Assembly: GCF_001194135.2 (NCBI RefSeq)
Contig: NC_068985.1
Location: 2,362,624 to 2,426,623, forward strand
Length of the DNA: 64,000 nucleotides
Direction: 5' to 3'
DNA from: Octopus bimaculoides
Taxonomy: Eukaryota
This document shows positions 62,062 to 64,000 of this stretch, piece by piece. The position numbers and the translations under genes were made by a program. The notes below the pieces were generated by a model. That model had not been told where the DNA came from. It saw only the letters and a program-made list of their open reading frames with translations, and did not search any database. How positions within the stretch are numbered: position 1 is the first letter of the stretch; every line of letters begins with the position of its first letter.

Positions 62062-62780
62062 TAGTTTTATTTTTATAACGTGNNNNNNNNNNCCAAGTCT
62101 CACCCAGAGACCTCAAGAGACAACAAGTTAGAAGTTCCTGTTGGTGTTATGCCTAGGGTGCCATATATTTGGTTTTGTACATAGTGTTGATCTAGAGAAT
62201 GTTTAAGACACCATAAGAAAATTATGTGTTTGTTTTAAAATTTAAGATTACATAGATAGTATTTAACGTAGAATATGGGCAGTTCCCATGAGCGCTATCT
62301 TTTGAATTTCTGCCATTTTGAGGTTTCCTTGTATCTGAGCTAGGTAACAATCGACCCCTTTTGCTATCATTCCCAGGGCACCTATGACAACAGGTATTGT
62401 TTTGGTCTTCAGGTTCCACATTTTGCCAATTTCTATTTCAAGATCTTTATACTTGCTCAGCTTTTGGTAGGTCTTGACAGATACATTTATGTCGACTGGG
62501 ACAGTCACATCAATGAGGAGGCATGATTTTTGTCTGAAGTCTTTCAATGTGATGTCTGGCCTATTTGCATCTATCTTTCTGTCAGCTTAAATGGTGAAGT
62601 TCCAGAGGAGTGAGATGTGACCATTTTCAAGCACTGGAGGTTGTTTGTGTTCCCACCAGTTTTTATCATGGGGAAAGTCCAGGTTTTTGCAAATTACCCA
62701 GTGAATATATTATGCAGCTCTATCATGCCTGTTGAGATACTCTGGAGGCGCAAGAAAACTGCACATGGAGACAACATGAT
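62059..62780 (-). mobile_element. 5'-truncated RLE-type LINE, fourth subfamily, flanked on both sides by (ATT)n
   Basis: NHVVSMCSFLAPPEYLNRHDRAA*YIHW...DANRPDITLKDFRQKSCLLIDVTVP..KLSKYKDLEIEIGKMWNLKTKTIPVVIGALG..IALMGTAHILR. (ATT)n at 61996-62058 and 62780-62817. Confidence 0.9.
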
Positions 62781-62844
62781 TTATTATTATTATTAATTAT
62801 TATTATTATTATTATTAATAATAATCATAATAATAATAATAGTA

Positions 62845-62877
<33 letters not shown>

Positions 62878-62944
62878 GAAGTCTTATCATGCACATTGTT
62901 TTGTCGTGGTATAAAAGATGGGCTTCGTATTTCTGTTTTTTGGG

Positions 62945-63160
62945 GGGGGAAAATTCAGCAATATTGGCTTCAAATTTTGGCACGAGGCCTGCAGCTTCAG
63001 AAAAGGGAGTAAATTCATTACATTGAGCCCAGTTCTCAATTGGTACTTAATTTTATTGTCCCCAAAAGCATGAAGAGCAAAGTGACCCTGGATCAATTTT
63101 GAACTCAGAACAAATGAAATGCTGCAAAGCATTTTGCCCACCGTGCTAACGATTCTCCCA
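62945..63160 (-). mobile_element. SINE family B variant, diverged
   Basis: TTCAAATTTTGGCACGAGGCC...TGGTACTTAATTTTATTG...TTTTGAACTCAGAAC...GTGCTAACGATTCT. Confidence 0.7.
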
Positions 63161-63544
63161 TAAAACTCAGAAATACTGGAAGACATTCTTGATTATCTCA
63201 AAGAGCTAAAAATCTATAAAAGGTGATTAGGGACTGAATGCACAGTCTATGGTAGGCCAATACATCAATAGAGGAAGTGGAGAATCGATTATCATCCCCA
63301 GAAAAATTTCAGTTGATTAAATTTATGTAAAATATACTTGAGTTATTTTTTAACATCTTTAACAGCCTCCCTGAACAGCAGAGATTCAATACCAACTGCA
63401 TTCATTGCAGCTTTTTAAAGATTTTATTATTAGAAAACTGAAATATAATTGTTGCGGAATATTTGCTGCTCAGCAGCCAAAGTGATGGAAGACAACAGAG
63501 TTTCTTTTCATAAGCATAATTAATCCTGCTTCCCAAGCTGAAAT

Positions 63545-64000
63545 GTGTGTGTGTGTGTGTCTGCATATGTACGTGTGTGTGTGTGTGCGAGCATGTGTGT
63601 GTGCGTGCATATGTGTATATGCGTGTGTACGCATGTGTGTGTGTGTATGTGTGTGCGTGTGCGCATGTGCATGTGTGTGTGTGAGCATGTGTGTGTGTGC
63701 TTGTGTGTGTATATGTGTGTGCATGTATGTGTGCATGCATATGTGCGTGTATTTGTATGTGTGCGTGTGTGTGCACAAGTGTGCATGTGTGTGTGTGTGC
63801 ACATATGTATGTGTGTATGCATGCATGTGTGTGTATGCACGTGTGTGTGTGTGTGCATGTGTATGTGTGTGTGAATGTGTGTGTGCATGTGTGTGTCTGT
63901 GTGTGCATTTGTGTGTGTATGTGTGCATGTGTGCATGCATAGTTCGCAGTACCAATGTGTACGTGCATAGTTGGCAGTACTGATGTGTGTGTGTGTGTGC
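63545..64000. repeat. Long (TG)n/(CATGTG)n microsatellite
   Basis: Direct reading. Confidence 0.95.

Noticed and set aside
10777-63983. Long ORFs rich in HT, CV, MYV, poly-N, poly-L, poly-H, poly-M or poly-S
   Set aside because: They are translations of (CA)/(TG)/(TATG)/(TTA)/(CAT)n microsatellites, open in several frames, with no splice or codon evidence.

Overview
This is AT-rich, repeat-dense eukaryotic DNA from a draft assembly with several N-gaps. The repeat families and microsatellite load look like a coleoid cephalopod, probably Octopus; this is inferred from my recollection of those repeats, not from a database search. I found no prokaryotic features, CRISPR array, rRNA or true tRNA gene. 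Nearly all ORFs in the supplied track are microsatellite read-throughs, N-gap artefacts or transposon fragments. Recognisable retroelements are a ~3 kb decayed RTE LINE ending in three C2H2 fingers, smaller RTE pieces, four unrelated restriction-like-endonuclease (R4/Dong-type) LINE fragments, two Penelope-like remnants and many tRNA-derived SINEs. Recognisable DNA elements are a full-length dead mariner plus a second mariner 3' end, hAT remnants and MITEs, a Helentron-type non-autonomous element and several fold-back elements. The most unusual item is a ~780 bp TIR element carrying a SAP plus SWIM-like ORF but no transposase. Host-gene evidence is limited to three phase-compatible minus-strand exons at 56-60.5 kb with no recognised homologue, plus weaker candidate exons. 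CpG content appears to drop at about 32 kb.
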